Positions 63,001-64,000 of a stretch of DNA of 64,000 bases are shown here, in pieces. Origin of the DNA: Octopus vulgaris (taxonomy: Eukaryota); NCBI GenBank assembly GCA_951406725.2, contig OX597818.1, forward strand, positions 142,724,001-142,788,000. Direction: 5' to 3'. The notes beneath the pieces are model-generated. The model saw only the letters and a list, made by a program, of their open reading frames with translations, did no database searches and was not told where the DNA came from. The position numbers and the translations under genes were made by a program. Numbering within the stretch: position 1 is the first letter of the stretch; each line of letters begins with the position of its first letter.

Positions 63001-63735
63001 AGGTTGCTTAGAGAACCATTTGAATAAGGGTAAACCTCACTGCATGTGTGCATATGTGTATGTATGTATATATATATATATATATATATCATCATCATCA
63101 TTATCATCATCATCATTTAACATCCGCTTTCCATGCTAGCATGGGTTGGACGGTTCAACTGGGGTCTGGGGAGCCCGAAGGCTGCACCAGGCCAGTCAGA
63201 TCTGGCAGTGTTTCTACAGCTGGATGCCCTTCCTAATGCCAACCACTCCGAGAGTGTAGTGGGTGATTTTATGTGCCACCGACACAGGTGCCAGACGAGG
63301 CTGGCGAACGGCCACGCTCGGATGGTGTTTTTATGTGCCACCGACATATATATATATGCTAGCATGGAAAACAGACGCTAAACGATGATGATGATGATGA
63401 TGATGATATATATATAATGTGGAGGCGCAATGGCCTAGTGGTTAGGGCACGGGACTCGCGGTCGCAGGATCGCGGTTTCGATTCCCAGACCGGGCGTTGT
63501 GAGTGTTTATTGAGCGAAAACACCTAAAAGCTCCACGAGGCTCCGGCAGGGGGTGGTGATCCCTGCTGTACTCTTTCACCACTCTTTCTTCTGTTGGCCT
63601 GCTCGCTTAGCCAGCGGGGTGGCGTCATTCGAAGGCTAAAACAATGCGAACGCATTGTGACCAGCGATGTGTAACAACATCTGATGGTCTGGTCGGTCAC
63701 GTGATGATGATGATGATATATATATATATATATAT

Positions 63736-63776
<41 letters not shown>

Positions 63777-64000
63777 ATCATCTTCCCCATCATTTAGTAT
63801 TCATTTTCCCTGCTGGTATGGGTCAGACAGTTTGACTGGAGCTGGTAATCCAGAAAACTACATCAGGCTCCACATTCTGTTTTGGCTTGGTTTCTACAGC
63901 TAAATGCCCTTCCTAATGCCATTCACTTTACTGAGTGTACTGGATCTCTTCTACATGTCACCAGCACAGGTGCCCCTTTTATGTGTCACTGGCATGGGTG

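Noticed and set aside
60050-64000. Search for the first PAXIP1 exons (start codon, BRCT1 N-terminus)
   Set aside because: No segment with PTIP-like translation and splice sites found; probably beyond the window.

Overview
This is AT-rich, repeat-dense animal DNA. The tRNA-derived SINE families, microsatellites and TTAGGG motifs point to an octopus or other coleoid cephalopod (inference). The only host gene I can support is PAXIP1/PTIP on the minus strand. It has 18 coding exons (59828 down to the stop at 22954-22956) that join in frame to 946 aa, covering the end of BRCT1, BRCT2, a polyP/polyQ linker and BRCT3-6. Its first exons lie beyond the right edge of the window. One intron (58615-59784) has U12 minor-spliceosome signals. 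The rest is transposon debris: an RTE LINE lacking its whole RT domain, many RTE 3' ends, three SINE types, mariner/Tc1 fossils, MITEs, a Helitron, a two-LTR Gypsy deletion derivative, and L1/Tx1 and R4-like fragments. The least explained signals are (i) about 11 fold-back elements, three of them carrying hammerhead ribozyme motifs and two carrying Penelope-type GIY-YIG remnants, and (ii) a tandem array of predicted H-type pseudoknots in the RTE 3' UTR. Most ORFs in the supplied track are microsatellite or repeat artefacts. All family assignments are by eye from motifs, not from database searches.
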